Source: an uncultured PS1 clade bacterium (GTDB lineage Bacteria; Pseudomonadota; Alphaproteobacteria; MED-G09). Taken from it: DNA of 50,578 nt. Both the position numbers and the translations under genes were made by a program. The DNA lies in the NCBI GenBank assembly GCA_902609025.1, contig CACLQD010000003.1, positions 1 to 50,578 of the forward strand. Reading direction: 5' to 3'. Below the pieces are notes generated by a model. The model was not told where the DNA came from and ran no database searches. It saw only the letters and a list, made by a program, of their open reading frames with translations. Below are positions 12,165-22,442 of the stretch, in pieces; the stretch's first letter is position 1, and every line of letters begins with the position of its first letter.

Positions 12165-12644
12165 TTGACTAAGAATAGTTTCCGCACTTGATGAAGCAAC
12201 TTCTCCTGGGTTTTCTTCAACATTAAGTTTTGTTAGCGAATTATCATCAATTATCATCGAATATCTTAATGATCTTTTGCCTAGACCAAAACCTGAGCCA
12301 TCCATGGATAATCCGAGAGCTTCAGTAAGTTCACCATTACCATCACCAACCATAAGCATTTTATCGCCTGTGCCCTTATCATTACCCCATGCAGCCATTA
12401 CAAAAGGATCATTTACTGATAAACAAACTATTTGATCTACACCTTTACCTAGAATTTCATCAGAATTATCTATAAAACCGGGCAAATGATGCATTGAACA
12501 ACCTGGAGTAAATGCGCCAGGAACTGCGAAAAGAACTGATCTTTTTCCTGAGAATAATTCACTTGTTGTTATAGGTGTTGGTCCTGCATCAGTCATATGA
12601 TGGACAGTTGCTTCAGGAATTTTATCTCCTTCTTGTATAGCCAT
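12159..12644 (-). CDS. Peroxiredoxin (Prx5 / type II)
   Basis: [24 protein letters not shown] and RSLRYSM motifs. Confidence 0.92.
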   Translation of the reverse strand: MAIQEGDKIPEATVHHMTDAGPTPITTSELFSGKRSVLFAVPGAFTPGCSMHHLPGFIDNSDEILGKGVDQIVCLSVNDPFVMAAWGNDKGTGDKMLMVGDGNGELTEALGLSMDGSGFGLGKRSLRYSMIIDDNSLTKLNVEENPGEVASSSAETILSQL

Positions 12645-12744
12645 AATTTTCTCCTAATAAATTAAAATTGATTTTATACCTGCTTATGCAAGTTTCTTAG
12701 TATATATATTATGATATAAATTAGTCACTAGTTTTTGAAGAAAA

Positions 12745-13308
12745 ATGGATAAAAATATTACATTTGAAGGAAGTATACTAATTGCTTCGAAATCAATGCC
12801 TGATCCAAGGTTTTCTAAATCAGTAATATTATTAATTAATTTTTCATCTGACGGCGCAATGGGAATTGTATTAAATAAACCGCATAAAATAAATTTAAAA
12901 GATGTCCTCAAAGATATGAATATAATTCAAATAAGTTTAAATGCTTATATTCCAATTTTTAATGGCGGTCCTGTTTCAATAGATAAAGGTTTTTTATTGC
13001 ATAATTCAGATATAATTTTGGAAGACAGTATTGAGATAAATGGTGCAAATTGTTTTCTAAATTCGTCTAAGGATTCTTTATCTTCATTATGTATGGAAGA
13101 AATTAACTCTGGAGTAAATTTATATCTCGGATGTTGTGGTTGGTCGCCAGGACAACTAGAAAACGAACTTAAATCAAACGATTGGATCATATCAAATGTT
13201 GATGAAAATTTAATATTTGATGATAATTATGACAACATGTGGGAAAGAGCAATTGAAGGAATAGGTTTTAATATAAATAATTTATCAAATGACAGTGGAT
13301 TAGCTTAA
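12745..13308 (+). CDS. YqgE/AlgH family protein (DUF179)
   Basis: MPDPRFSKSV, GAMGIVLNKP, GGPV and GWSPGQLENE motifs. Confidence 0.9.
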   Translation: MDKNITFEGSILIASKSMPDPRFSKSVILLINFSSDGAMGIVLNKPHKINLKDVLKDMNIIQISLNAYIPIFNGGPVSIDKGFLLHNSDIILEDSIEINGANCFLNSSKDSLSSLCMEEINSGVNLYLGCCGWSPGQLENELKSNDWIISNVDENLIFDDNYDNMWERAIEGIGFNINNLSNDSGLA

Positions 13309-14501
13309 GTATTACTAGCAATATCTTCAACTCTCTTCCAAACACGAAGAATATTTCCACCCCATATTTTTTCAATTTCTTTAGGTGAATAACCTCTTTC
13401 TTTTAACTTGCGAGTTAATAGTTTAGTCTCTGAGGCATCAATCCATCCACTAATCCCTCCTCCTCCACCAAAGTCAGAGGAAATACCTACATAATCAACA
13501 CCTATAAGATCAACAACATAATCTATATGATCTATAAAATCATCAATGTCTGGCATTGGGAATTCCATATTTATATTTTCTATTCCCTCAAGATATTCTA
13601 TTTTATTTGAGTGTAATGATGGATTAAAACTTTTATCACCATAAAGTTTTGCAACCTTATTACCAAGACTGATTATAGAGTTAAATCGATCATTGTTGAC
13701 TATAACATAATTTGCAAATGCTGTTATTTGAATAACACCCTCATTTTCCTTAAGTGCAAAAAGTAATTCGTCAGATATATTTCTAGGATGGTCTGCAATT
13801 GATTTTACACATGAATGAGAGGCAATGACTGGTGCTGATGATAATTTTATTGCTTCAAGTGAAGCTTTATCTGAAATATGACTAATATCAATCATCATTC
13901 CTAACTTATTCATTCTTTTTATTACTTTCTTTCCAAAAGCTGAAATTCCAGCATGTAATTCCTCTTCATCATTTAATCTTTTACTTGGTATTGAGCTGTC
14001 TGCTATCTGATTATGACCTATATGAGTTAATGTCATATATCGAGCTCCAAGAGAATAATAATGGTCTAATAATGATAAATCCTCGCCAATTACATATCCA
14101 TTTTCTATTCCAATTGCTGCTGATAAAAGGTTATTATTTTTTAATTGAATAATATCTTTTGGCGCTAAGGCAAGTCCAATTTTATTAGAATATGTTTTAG
14201 TCATTTTTGAAATTGCTAAAAATTTTTTTTCAGCAAGAAGCTTTGCTTTTTTAAATCCTACTTTGTCCAATGGTCCTTGGGGAACATAAACAACAAAAAA
14301 ACCAGAATCTAAACCACCCTTTTTCATTTTATCTAAATCAACCTGCATATCAGTAATTTTACCAGGATCATGTTGGGGGTTTTCCATATAATCAAAAGGA
14401 ATATCAATATGCGAATCGATTGTAATAACTTGAGACAGCAAAGGTATGCTTAAGAAGAAAAATAAAAATAAGAAAAATATGGGATTTCTATATTTAAACA
14501 T
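13305..14501 (-). CDS. Secreted membrane dipeptidase (peptidase M19)
   Basis: Signal peptide; DSHID, GIENG, MNKLGMMIDISH, ASHS, HPRNISD and SSDFGGGG motifs. Confidence 0.88.
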   Translation of the reverse strand: MFKYRNPIFFLFLFFFLSIPLLSQVITIDSHIDIPFDYMENPQHDPGKITDMQVDLDKMKKGGLDSGFFVVYVPQGPLDKVGFKKAKLLAEKKFLAISKMTKTYSNKIGLALAPKDIIQLKNNNLLSAAIGIENGYVIGEDLSLLDHYYSLGARYMTLTHIGHNQIADSSIPSKRLNDEEELHAGISAFGKKVIKRMNKLGMMIDISHISDKASLEAIKLSSAPVIASHSCVKSIADHPRNISDELLFALKENEGVIQITAFANYVIVNNDRFNSIISLGNKVAKLYGDKSFNPSLHSNKIEYLEGIENINMEFPMPDIDDFIDHIDYVVDLIGVDYVGISSDFGGGGGISGWIDASETKLLTRKLKERGYSPKEIEKIWGGNILRVWKRVEDIASNT

Positions 14502-15870
14502 TTGAGTGCTTTCTTATAAAACTTATTAAAGCTTCTGAATTATTTTCTAATTGAGTAAACTTCTCTTTTTTATTAATTATATTTTTTAGTCTATCAGGAA
14601 TTTCTGGCTCAAGACCTATTGCATCAATAACTGCTCTAGAAAATTTAGCAGGATGGGCTGTTCCTAAATTAACCATCGGTACATCACAATTTAATTCACT
14701 TGCAGATGCATAAAATCCCACTGCGGTATGTGGATCAAGAATTATATTAGAAGCTTTATGAATCCGTAAAATCGTATCTTTTACTTTTTCTTCACTTGCC
14801 TTACCTGATTTAAAATCATTTCTAATATAGGTAAGAGTATCGTTACCTATTCTAAAACCATTATTTTTCTTTAATTCTTTAAATAGATTTCTTAATTTTT
14901 CTGAGTCCCTATCTAAAGATTCAAATAATAACCTCTCAAAATTACTTGAAATTTGAATATCCATACTTGGAGACGAAGTAGCCTTTACTTCTTCTTGAAA
15001 ATAGTCACCACTAGATATCGCTCGATCTAAAATATCATTATCATTTGTAGCAACAATTAATTTATCAATAGGTAATCCCATTTTTTTTGCGACCCATCCG
15101 GCTAAAACATCTCCAAAATTTCCTGTTGGTACTGAAAAGGAAACTCTATTTGATTGTAATTGCTGAAATGTTGAAAAATAGTAAACAATTTGGGCTGCTA
15201 CGCGCGCCCAATTTATTGAATTAATTGCACCAAGACTCACCTCTTCTTTGAATTCAAGATTTTGGAATAGATTTTTTACAAGATTTTGACAATCATCAAA
15301 AGTTCCTTCAATTTCAATTGGATAAATGCTTGCGCTATCAACAGTTGTCATTTGTTTTCTTTGTATTTCAGATACTCTTCCTTTTGGAAATAATATGAAA
15401 ACAGTACAATGTTTATTATTTTTAAAAGCTTCAATCGCGGCACTACCAGTATCTCCTGAAGTAGCGCCTAATATAGTTATTGATTTATTTTTCTTACTTA
15501 AAGAAGTTTCAAAAAATTGAGCTAATAAAAGCATGGCAAAATCTTTAAAAGCAAGGGTTGGTCCATGAAAAAGTTCTAACAAATAGTTTCCTTTTTCAAC
15601 TTCTTTCAACCCAATTGCCTCTTTCGAAGGAAAATGACTATAAGCCTGACTAGCAATATCGTTTAACTCTTCATAACTTAAAAAACCTCTAACAAAAGGA
15701 TAGATAACATATGCTGCCTGTTCAGAATATGATGCTGTAGGTAGCTCATTGTAGTCTAACTTTGGCCATTCTTTTGGAATATAAAGACCACCATCATTTG
15801 CAAGTCCAGATAAAAGAACATCTTCAAAACCTAACTCAGGAGCCTTTCCTCTTGTAGAAATATATTTCAT
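14494..15870 (-). CDS. thrC: Threonine synthase
   Basis: MKYISTRG, ELFHGPTLAFKD, ATSGDTG, NSINWAR, VPTGNFG and TAHPAKF motifs. Confidence 0.96.
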   Translation of the reverse strand: MKYISTRGKAPELGFEDVLLSGLANDGGLYIPKEWPKLDYNELPTASYSEQAAYVIYPFVRGFLSYEELNDIASQAYSHFPSKEAIGLKEVEKGNYLLELFHGPTLAFKDFAMLLLAQFFETSLSKKNKSITILGATSGDTGSAAIEAFKNNKHCTVFILFPKGRVSEIQRKQMTTVDSASIYPIEIEGTFDDCQNLVKNLFQNLEFKEEVSLGAINSINWARVAAQIVYYFSTFQQLQSNRVSFSVPTGNFGDVLAGWVAKKMGLPIDKLIVATNDNDILDRAISSGDYFQEEVKATSSPSMDIQISSNFERLLFESLDRDSEKLRNLFKELKKNNGFRIGNDTLTYIRNDFKSGKASEEKVKDTILRIHKASNIILDPHTAVGFYASASELNCDVPMVNLGTAHPAKFSRAVIDAIGLEPEIPDRLKNIINKKEKFTQLENNSEALISFIRKHSNV

Positions 15871-15954
15871 AATATTTATTAATTTATTACTTTAAGTTAT
15901 TCTTATAAGATTATTATCAGTTTTTGTTTTTTATGGGAAATATTCATTAAACTA

Positions 15955-16839
15955 ATGCAACTAGAAAAATTTATAAAATCAATTGAATATGGAGTTTGCG
16001 ATCAATTAACGCCGCTTGTAAGGAGAGTAATTGCTAACAATCCAGGAGGTTTTACTTTCACTGGCACAGGTACGTATATCATAGGCAATAAAAATATAGC
16101 TGTAATAGATCCAGGGCCTATTGATGATGACCATTATAATGCATTAATGAAGGCAACATCAGGACAAGAAATTACTCATATACTTTTGACTCACAACCAT
16201 AATGATCACTCACCTCTTGCGAAAAAATTAAAATCTGAAACTGGAGCAAAGATATATTATAAAAATTTAAGTAATGATGAACTTGCTCAAGATGATTTCG
16301 AGGAGGGTTATGATCGAAATATTGAAGGTGATATAGAATTAAAAGATGGCGATAAAATAAAGACTAATGAATGGTCAATTGAAGCTATACATACCCCTGG
16401 TCACACATCAAACCATATTTGCTATGCCTTACTTGATGAAAATATTTTATTCTCTGGCGATCATGTAATGGGCTGGTCTACTACAGTTATTGTTCCGCCC
16501 GATGGCGATATGGATGATTATATTATTTCTTTAGAAAAATTGCTTTCTCGAAGAGAAGAGAAGTTTTTTCCAACTCACGGTCCAATTATTGATGAGCCTA
16601 AAAAGTTAGTCTCAGAGTATATATCTCATAGACTAAACCGTGAAAAACAGATTATTGATGCTATAAAAAAAGGAAATAATAAGATCTCAGAAATAGTAAA
16701 GATGATTTATAAAGATGTTGATAAATCACTTCATCCCGCCGCAGCAATGTCGACCCTTGCTCATTTAAAAAGAATGGAAAACAATCAAGAAGTTACTGTG
16801 CAGGGAAGAGATTTAGAAGGTATTTATAATTTAGCTTAA
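15955..16839 (+). CDS. MBL-fold metallohydrolase (LACTB2-like)
   Basis: NPGGFTFTGT, THNHNDH, HTPGHT, GDHVMGWST and PTHG motifs. Confidence 0.88.
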   Translation: MQLEKFIKSIEYGVCDQLTPLVRRVIANNPGGFTFTGTGTYIIGNKNIAVIDPGPIDDDHYNALMKATSGQEITHILLTHNHNDHSPLAKKLKSETGAKIYYKNLSNDELAQDDFEEGYDRNIEGDIELKDGDKIKTNEWSIEAIHTPGHTSNHICYALLDENILFSGDHVMGWSTTVIVPPDGDMDDYIISLEKLLSRREEKFFPTHGPIIDEPKKLVSEYISHRLNREKQIIDAIKKGNNKISEIVKMIYKDVDKSLHPAAAMSTLAHLKRMENNQEVTVQGRDLEGIYNLA

Positions 16840-16846
16840 GTCTAAA

Positions 16847-18844
16847 TTAATTTAAATCTAACCATTGCATTTCTTCTTTGGTCAGTTGAACTTTTAACGA
16901 ATTAACAGAGCTTTCAGTTTCTATAAAATTTCTAGGCCCAATTAGAGGAAACACGGGAAAATCTTGATTTAAAACATAAGCTAGAGCAATCTCTATTGGC
17001 TCAAATCCTTTTTCCTTAGCCATTACAAAACATCTATCTCTTTTCATTAAATTTTCTTTACTATGCCATACTCTTTTTTGTTCATCTAATTTTGGGTCTG
17101 CAGGATGATAAGATTCTTTTTCTGAAGTATCTTTTAGAAAAAAACCTCTAGCTTGACTTGACCAAGGAAACAATGGAATATTTTTTTTCTTCAAAAATTT
17201 CCTAAAACTTTCATCTGAAGAGCTTTCACACCCTGGCCAGACCGGCTCTATCATATGAGCTAAACTAAAATTATTACTCAATGCTCCAAACGGAATTTTA
17301 TTACTCTTATCAGCGTAATCAATAGCTTCCTGAAATCTCTTTAAAGACCAATTAGATGCTCCAAATATTTTTATTAATCCCTCATCTTTTAGTTCATTTA
17401 AGACATCAATAAACTCTTTAACAGGAACATCTTGATTATCTCTATGTAAGCAATAAATATCTATGTAATCTATTTTCAACCGAGATAAACTCTTAAGAAG
17501 CTGATCGCGAATTATTTCAGGATAACAGTGAGGCGTGTGAGCGCCTTTACCTAAAACAATAACATCATTTTCTAGATTTCTAGAATTTATCCATCTACCA
17601 AGATGCTCATCACTTTTTCCATCATTATAAATAAATGCAGTATCAAATACATTGCCTCCAATCGAGTAAAAGTGATCAAACATTGAAAAAGCATGATTTG
17701 TATCTATCTGATTATCACATCCGAAAACCAACTTCGAAACTTTACTATCTAAACCTTCAATTTTTATTTTGGGAATTAAATTTTCTTTATTATTAAATAA
17801 GGATTTATTAAAGGATGATAAGTTATTCTCAGGCTCATCAAAATCATATCTTACACCTGCAAGTCTTCTCCATTCATCTAGACATACAGCGTTACCATAT
17901 GAGTCTTTATGAGATATTTTTATGCTTTCAATATTATTTTTTAGACATTCATCAAAATGATTGATCTCATTTATATAAACTTTACCCATAGCATTTATAT
18001 TTATTTCAGAAATTTTTTTATTACCTTCCTTAAGAATTAGAGAGTTATTATCCTTCTTATATTCACCACAATGCCAAGGATCTCTAATTAAAAGAGTTCT
18101 TTTTCCATTTGTAACCTCAACAGAATTATCTAAATTTTCTTTTATTGATGAGGATAGATAAGCTAATGATTCATCTGAAAAAGTTAATTTCGCTTCAGAT
18201 GATAAATCAATTCTATGTTCGTTTATCTCAGATTGAACTTCATATTCTTCTGGATCCATAAAGTCTTTGCCATTTATTAACCCAACTATCATTCTTGCCA
18301 TAGATAAAGGGTAACAACCGACATCTAAAATAGATCCACCCCCAAGTTTCGGATTAAGTAATCTGTGGTCTTTTTTGACATTAGCCTCAAACCCAAAGCT
18401 TGCTTTTATTTCAATTTTTTTTCCTTCGAAATTCTCTTGAACTATTTCTCTAATTTTATCGGTTTGGGGATGCATCCGATACATAAAAGCTTCCATTAAA
18501 AGTAATTGCTTTTTCTTGGCAAGGTCAAATAACAACATTGCTTCTGAAGAATTCATTGTAAGAGGCTTTTCACAAAGAACAGATTTACCACTCATTAATG
18601 CCTTATAAGAAAATTCAAAATGTGATGTATGAGGAGTAGAGATATATATAGAATTAATATCTTTATCATCTAAAAGCTTTTGGTAATCATCAAAACCAAT
18701 ACAATTATAAATTGAGGCAAATAAATCAGCAGAATCTTTTGATCGACTTCCAACGGCTATTAAAGTTGATCTATCAGTCTCTTTAATAGCTGATGCAAAT
18801 GTTTTAGCTATGTTACCAGTGCCTAGAATACCCCAGTTAGTCAT
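16847..18844 (-). CDS. Fusion of Gfo/Idh/MocA oxidoreductase and aldo/keto reductase
   Basis: N-half: WGILGTGNIA, LCEKP, GGGSILDVGCY. C-half: FDTAFIY, YCLHRD, GASNW and WSSQARG. Confidence 0.88.
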   Translation of the reverse strand: MTNWGILGTGNIAKTFASAIKETDRSTLIAVGSRSKDSADLFASIYNCIGFDDYQKLLDDKDINSIYISTPHTSHFEFSYKALMSGKSVLCEKPLTMNSSEAMLLFDLAKKKQLLLMEAFMYRMHPQTDKIREIVQENFEGKKIEIKASFGFEANVKKDHRLLNPKLGGGSILDVGCYPLSMARMIVGLINGKDFMDPEEYEVQSEINEHRIDLSSEAKLTFSDESLAYLSSSIKENLDNSVEVTNGKRTLLIRDPWHCGEYKKDNNSLILKEGNKKISEININAMGKVYINEINHFDECLKNNIESIKISHKDSYGNAVCLDEWRRLAGVRYDFDEPENNLSSFNKSLFNNKENLIPKIKIEGLDSKVSKLVFGCDNQIDTNHAFSMFDHFYSIGGNVFDTAFIYNDGKSDEHLGRWINSRNLENDVIVLGKGAHTPHCYPEIIRDQLLKSLSRLKIDYIDIYCLHRDNQDVPVKEFIDVLNELKDEGLIKIFGASNWSLKRFQEAIDYADKSNKIPFGALSNNFSLAHMIEPVWPGCESSSDESFRKFLKKKNIPLFPWSSQARGFFLKDTSEKESYHPADPKLDEQKRVWHSKENLMKRDRCFVMAKEKGFEPIEIALAYVLNQDFPVFPLIGPRNFIETESSVNSLKVQLTKEEMQWLDLN

Positions 18845-18855
18845 TCAAAAACTCT

Positions 18856-19251
18856 TTACGAAACGATTTTTATAATAAAACCAATTAATGATCCAAGAAC
18901 ATAAATATATATTGGTGGCATACTGAAATATAAACCAGGACCTCTTTTTTCAGCATCTTTATAATAATCTAATGCGTACTTTATTCGTCCTATTGGCCAT
19001 ACAATACCAATAATAAAAGCCCAAATAGGATCAACTGCAAATGAAAATAGCCATAAACCAGGCAAAAACAATACTAAATGCTCAATAGTATTATGATGAA
19101 CCCTAACTTTTCTTACATATTCTTCAGGACCATCATGTGAGGGGGCTTTAATACCATATTTCGCTCTCGCTAATCCTGCTTGTAAAAGTGTAAAATAATA
19201 AACCAATAAAGCAACGCTACTTAAAAGACCTGGGTAAATAAAGTTTTCCAT
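18856..19251 (-). CDS. MAPEG family membrane protein
   Basis: AR.KYGIKAP, RVHHNTIE and GR..YA motifs; about 4 transmembrane segments. Confidence 0.85.
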   Translation of the reverse strand: MENFIYPGLLSSVALLVYYFTLLQAGLARAKYGIKAPSHDGPEEYVRKVRVHHNTIEHLVLFLPGLWLFSFAVDPIWAFIIGIVWPIGRIKYALDYYKDAEKRGPGLYFSMPPIYIYVLGSLIGFIIKIVS

Positions 19252-19268
19252 TTTTAACCTCTTATTTA

Positions 19269-20339
19269 TTAATTATTCGCGTCAAATTCAGATTTTAGAA
19301 AATTTGAAATATAATTATTTTTATAAAAATCGCTTTCTAATGACATTATGTTATTAAATACAAGCTTCTTTGCAACGCGAACCATTATTACTGAAAACTT
19401 TAACAAAGAAAATATTCTATAGTAATTATAATTTTCTGTAGAAAATCCAGTATGCTCTGACCAAAGTGCTAACGCTTCTTCATAAGCCATTGAACCTTCT
19501 AACCTATCTACCGTTAAGCCTATGCTACTAGCATCATCCACTGCTAGACCCCATGCGATATCTGAAATTGGATCACCGTATGTTGCCATTTCCCAATCCA
19601 ATAAAGCAGAAGCCTTGAAATTATCATATAAAATATTTCCTGGACGAGAGTCCCCCCAACATAGGCTTAATGGATTATTTTTTTTTGGTTTATTTTCTCT
19701 CAACCAGCTTAAAACATTATTGCATAAAGGATTATCTTCTCCATCCATTCCCCAATCTAAAAAATTTTGATAATAATCAATATCAATATCCAGTGGATTA
19801 TTGTTTCTATACTTTTTATCTAGCTCTTTTAATTTTAAATCATTGATATCTAATGTATGAATTCGATTCAAATAATGTATCCATTCTGTCCAGATTTTTC
19901 TTCTATCTTCTTTATCAGCTTTACCAACCATTCCCTCTGGATCCATGTGGTATGGTGGATTATCAGTTGGAGCTTCACCATTAATAAAATCCATAAGATA
20001 AAACTCAGAACCCAAGATATCATCGTTTGATTCATATAATATAATATTTGGCGTAGGAAAACCTCTTTCAAATAAACACCTCATAATATCAACTTGTAAT
20101 TTGAGGTTGTATTCTGGAAAGACTTGATAATTAGTAGGTTTCAATCGTAAAACATAATTTTTAATTTTATCATTTTCATTTAGGCTAAAAATAAAAGTTT
20201 CATTTGAAAACCCTGAGGCTATAGAACTTTCATTTGCTATAATTAAATGACCTTTATCTTTAAAGTTATCTTGTTGCGTTAACCATTCTTTAAAGAGATT
20301 AAATTTTTTATCAAAATTTTTTTCAGTACTAACTGGCAT
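19269..20339 (-). CDS. APH/ACAD10-like phosphotransferase family protein
   Basis: GFSNET, VLRL.P, WGDSRPGNIL and LDWEMA..GDP motifs. Confidence 0.85.
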   Translation of the reverse strand: MPVSTEKNFDKKFNLFKEWLTQQDNFKDKGHLIIANESSIASGFSNETFIFSLNENDKIKNYVLRLKPTNYQVFPEYNLKLQVDIMRCLFERGFPTPNIILYESNDDILGSEFYLMDFINGEAPTDNPPYHMDPEGMVGKADKEDRRKIWTEWIHYLNRIHTLDINDLKLKELDKKYRNNNPLDIDIDYYQNFLDWGMDGEDNPLCNNVLSWLRENKPKKNNPLSLCWGDSRPGNILYDNFKASALLDWEMATYGDPISDIAWGLAVDDASSIGLTVDRLEGSMAYEEALALWSEHTGFSTENYNYYRIFSLLKFSVIMVRVAKKLVFNNIMSLESDFYKNNYISNFLKSEFDANN

Positions 20340-20341
20340 TT

Positions 20342-21448
20342 TTAACGATCAAATAAATCTTTAAATCCACTAGGCAAATGAGGTCCAAGAATTAACTCTT
20401 CAAGAATACATGATCCATCATAAGTTCTTTCTTTTTTTAATAAAGTCACATCACTTATTGATTGAATATGCAGAAATGGTGGGTCATGAGGGTCTTCATT
20501 TAAATTATAAGTATCGTAAGTTCTTTCATTTTCACCTTTAAAATGACCGTGACCCCACTCTTGATGCATATAACCTAAACCGCACATAAAAACTCTTGTT
20601 TTAGGAGTAACCTTCAAGTTTATATTATCTTTATTTTTATCTAGAGCATTAATTTCAAGAAATTTTACTCTTCTTGATCCCTTAAAATATTCAACAGTTT
20701 TTTCTAAGTCTGAAAATGTTTCTTTTTCTATTTTATTTTTATATTGTAAAATAGAATGCCCATTCACAATATTTCCCTCAGAGTCATCAACAAAATGAAA
20801 CTGTGTAGTAAAATCATCAAAATGAGCAGGATTCCATAACCAATAAAATTGCGGCAAACTCATTGGAACTGGTGGTTGACTATCGTAAGCTCCAACAGGT
20901 CTAACCCCCCAAGATCTATCCCTTGTTCCTACAAATTTTTCTGGATTAATATCTATTTTATTATTCTCTATATTTATTTGCCCTGTCCATGAACCGTGTT
21001 GAACCATTCTACAGGTATCCATTGTTTTTCTAGGACCGTCATATAAATACATTTGAGGCTCCTGCAGAACTTCTGTAAAACCATCAAAAATTATATCTGC
21101 ATTAATACCTGAATCTTTATCATTAACTAAAACTTGAAGTTTTTTAAGAGGTTCTATTACTTTAACTTCAATTGGACCTACAAAAGTATCTAATCTCTCT
21201 AAATTAAGTATTCGTGATGCCCTTACATTATGTTGAGTATCTTGATAAGCGATAGTAAAAGCTGCATCCATTATATTTAAATTAGGATACACACATAAAA
21301 CAGCTCCAAAAAATATTTCATCATCTTTAGAGTATCCATTAAAAAAATATCTATCATAAAAATTTCTAGAAGTACCTACCTCCGCCACAGGAGAGGGTTT
21401 TTGATGAATAGGATAATCATCTGCTTTTGTTATCATTTTTTTCCCCAC
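20342..21448 (-). CDS. Conserved uncharacterised protein (DDYPIHQ...FYDRYFFNG), probably beta-rich
   Basis: 368-aa ORF with motif-like blocks GTRDRSWGVRP and FYWLW.P; directly upstream of the phosphotransferase gene. Confidence 0.6.
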   Translation of the reverse strand: MGKKMITKADDYPIHQKPSPVAEVGTSRNFYDRYFFNGYSKDDEIFFGAVLCVYPNLNIMDAAFTIAYQDTQHNVRASRILNLERLDTFVGPIEVKVIEPLKKLQVLVNDKDSGINADIIFDGFTEVLQEPQMYLYDGPRKTMDTCRMVQHGSWTGQINIENNKIDINPEKFVGTRDRSWGVRPVGAYDSQPPVPMSLPQFYWLWNPAHFDDFTTQFHFVDDSEGNIVNGHSILQYKNKIEKETFSDLEKTVEYFKGSRRVKFLEINALDKNKDNINLKVTPKTRVFMCGLGYMHQEWGHGHFKGENERTYDTYNLNEDPHDPPFLHIQSISDVTLLKKERTYDGSCILEELILGPHLPSGFKDLFDR

Positions 21449-22384
21449 TTAATTAGAAACATACTTAACTAAAAAGTCTATCCAATTATCATCATTATTT
21501 AAACAAGGTATAAATACAAATTTTTCACCGCCAGCTTCAATAAATGTCTCTCTTGCCTCTATATTAATTTCTTCTAATGTTTCAAGATTATCTGCAACAA
21601 ATGAAGGGCAAACAACAGCTATCTTCTTAATTCCATTTTTAGGAAGATTTTCTAGCACTTTATCTGTAAATGGCTGTAACCAGCCAGGTCCAATTCTTGA
21701 TTGAAAAGCAACGCCCCATTGATCATCTTTTAAATCAAGCCTCTCTGCACATAGTTTAGATGCTAATTTTACTTGTTCCTCATATGTTGGATTTGTTCTA
21801 ACATTTTGTCTTTTGGGAATACCATGATAACTAAAAAGTAAAAAATCAACATCATCATTTAGGTGTGAATTAATTTGTTTTGACAAAGATTCTATATATC
21901 CATCCTCATTATAAAATTCATCTAGAAAAGATAACTTTAAATCAAGATCTAACTTATCTTTAACATCTTTTACTTTTAGTTTAGTAGTTAAAGAAGTTGC
22001 CTCTGCATAATGGGGATAAAGTGGAAGAACAATTATTTCCTTACAGCCCTTTTCTTCTAATGAGATAAGCCCTTTCTCAATAGAAGGGTTTTGATAACGC
22101 ATTGCCATTTCAACAGGATATTCTATTTTCTGACCTAATTTTTCTTTTATAAGGTTAGTATTAATAATTAATGGAGAGCCATTTTTTGTCCAAATAGATT
22201 TATATGCATCTTGTGTTTTTCTTGATCTGAAAGGAACAATGATAAAATTGACTAATATTTTCCTAATTATCGTTGGAATATCAACAACATAGCTATCAGA
22301 TAAGAATTCTTTAAGATATTTTTTAACTGAAGGTAGCTCTAGATTATCTGGAGTTCCTAGATTTATAATTAGAATACCTTTCAT
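21449..22384 (-). CDS. hemH: Ferrochelatase
   Basis: NLGTP, GSPL, MRYQNPS, LPLYPHY, FSYHGIP, FQSR, WLQP and F.ADNLETLEEI motifs. Confidence 0.94.
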   Translation of the reverse strand: MKGILIINLGTPDNLELPSVKKYLKEFLSDSYVVDIPTIIRKILVNFIIVPFRSRKTQDAYKSIWTKNGSPLIINTNLIKEKLGQKIEYPVEMAMRYQNPSIEKGLISLEEKGCKEIIVLPLYPHYAEATSLTTKLKVKDVKDKLDLDLKLSFLDEFYNEDGYIESLSKQINSHLNDDVDFLLFSYHGIPKRQNVRTNPTYEEQVKLASKLCAERLDLKDDQWGVAFQSRIGPGWLQPFTDKVLENLPKNGIKKIAVVCPSFVADNLETLEEINIEARETFIEAGGEKFVFIPCLNNDDNWIDFLVKYVSN

Positions 22385-22442
22385 TCAACATTCCTTTTTT
22401 TTAAAATTTCTTTCCAAACTTTTATTTGAAATTCAGTCCCGT

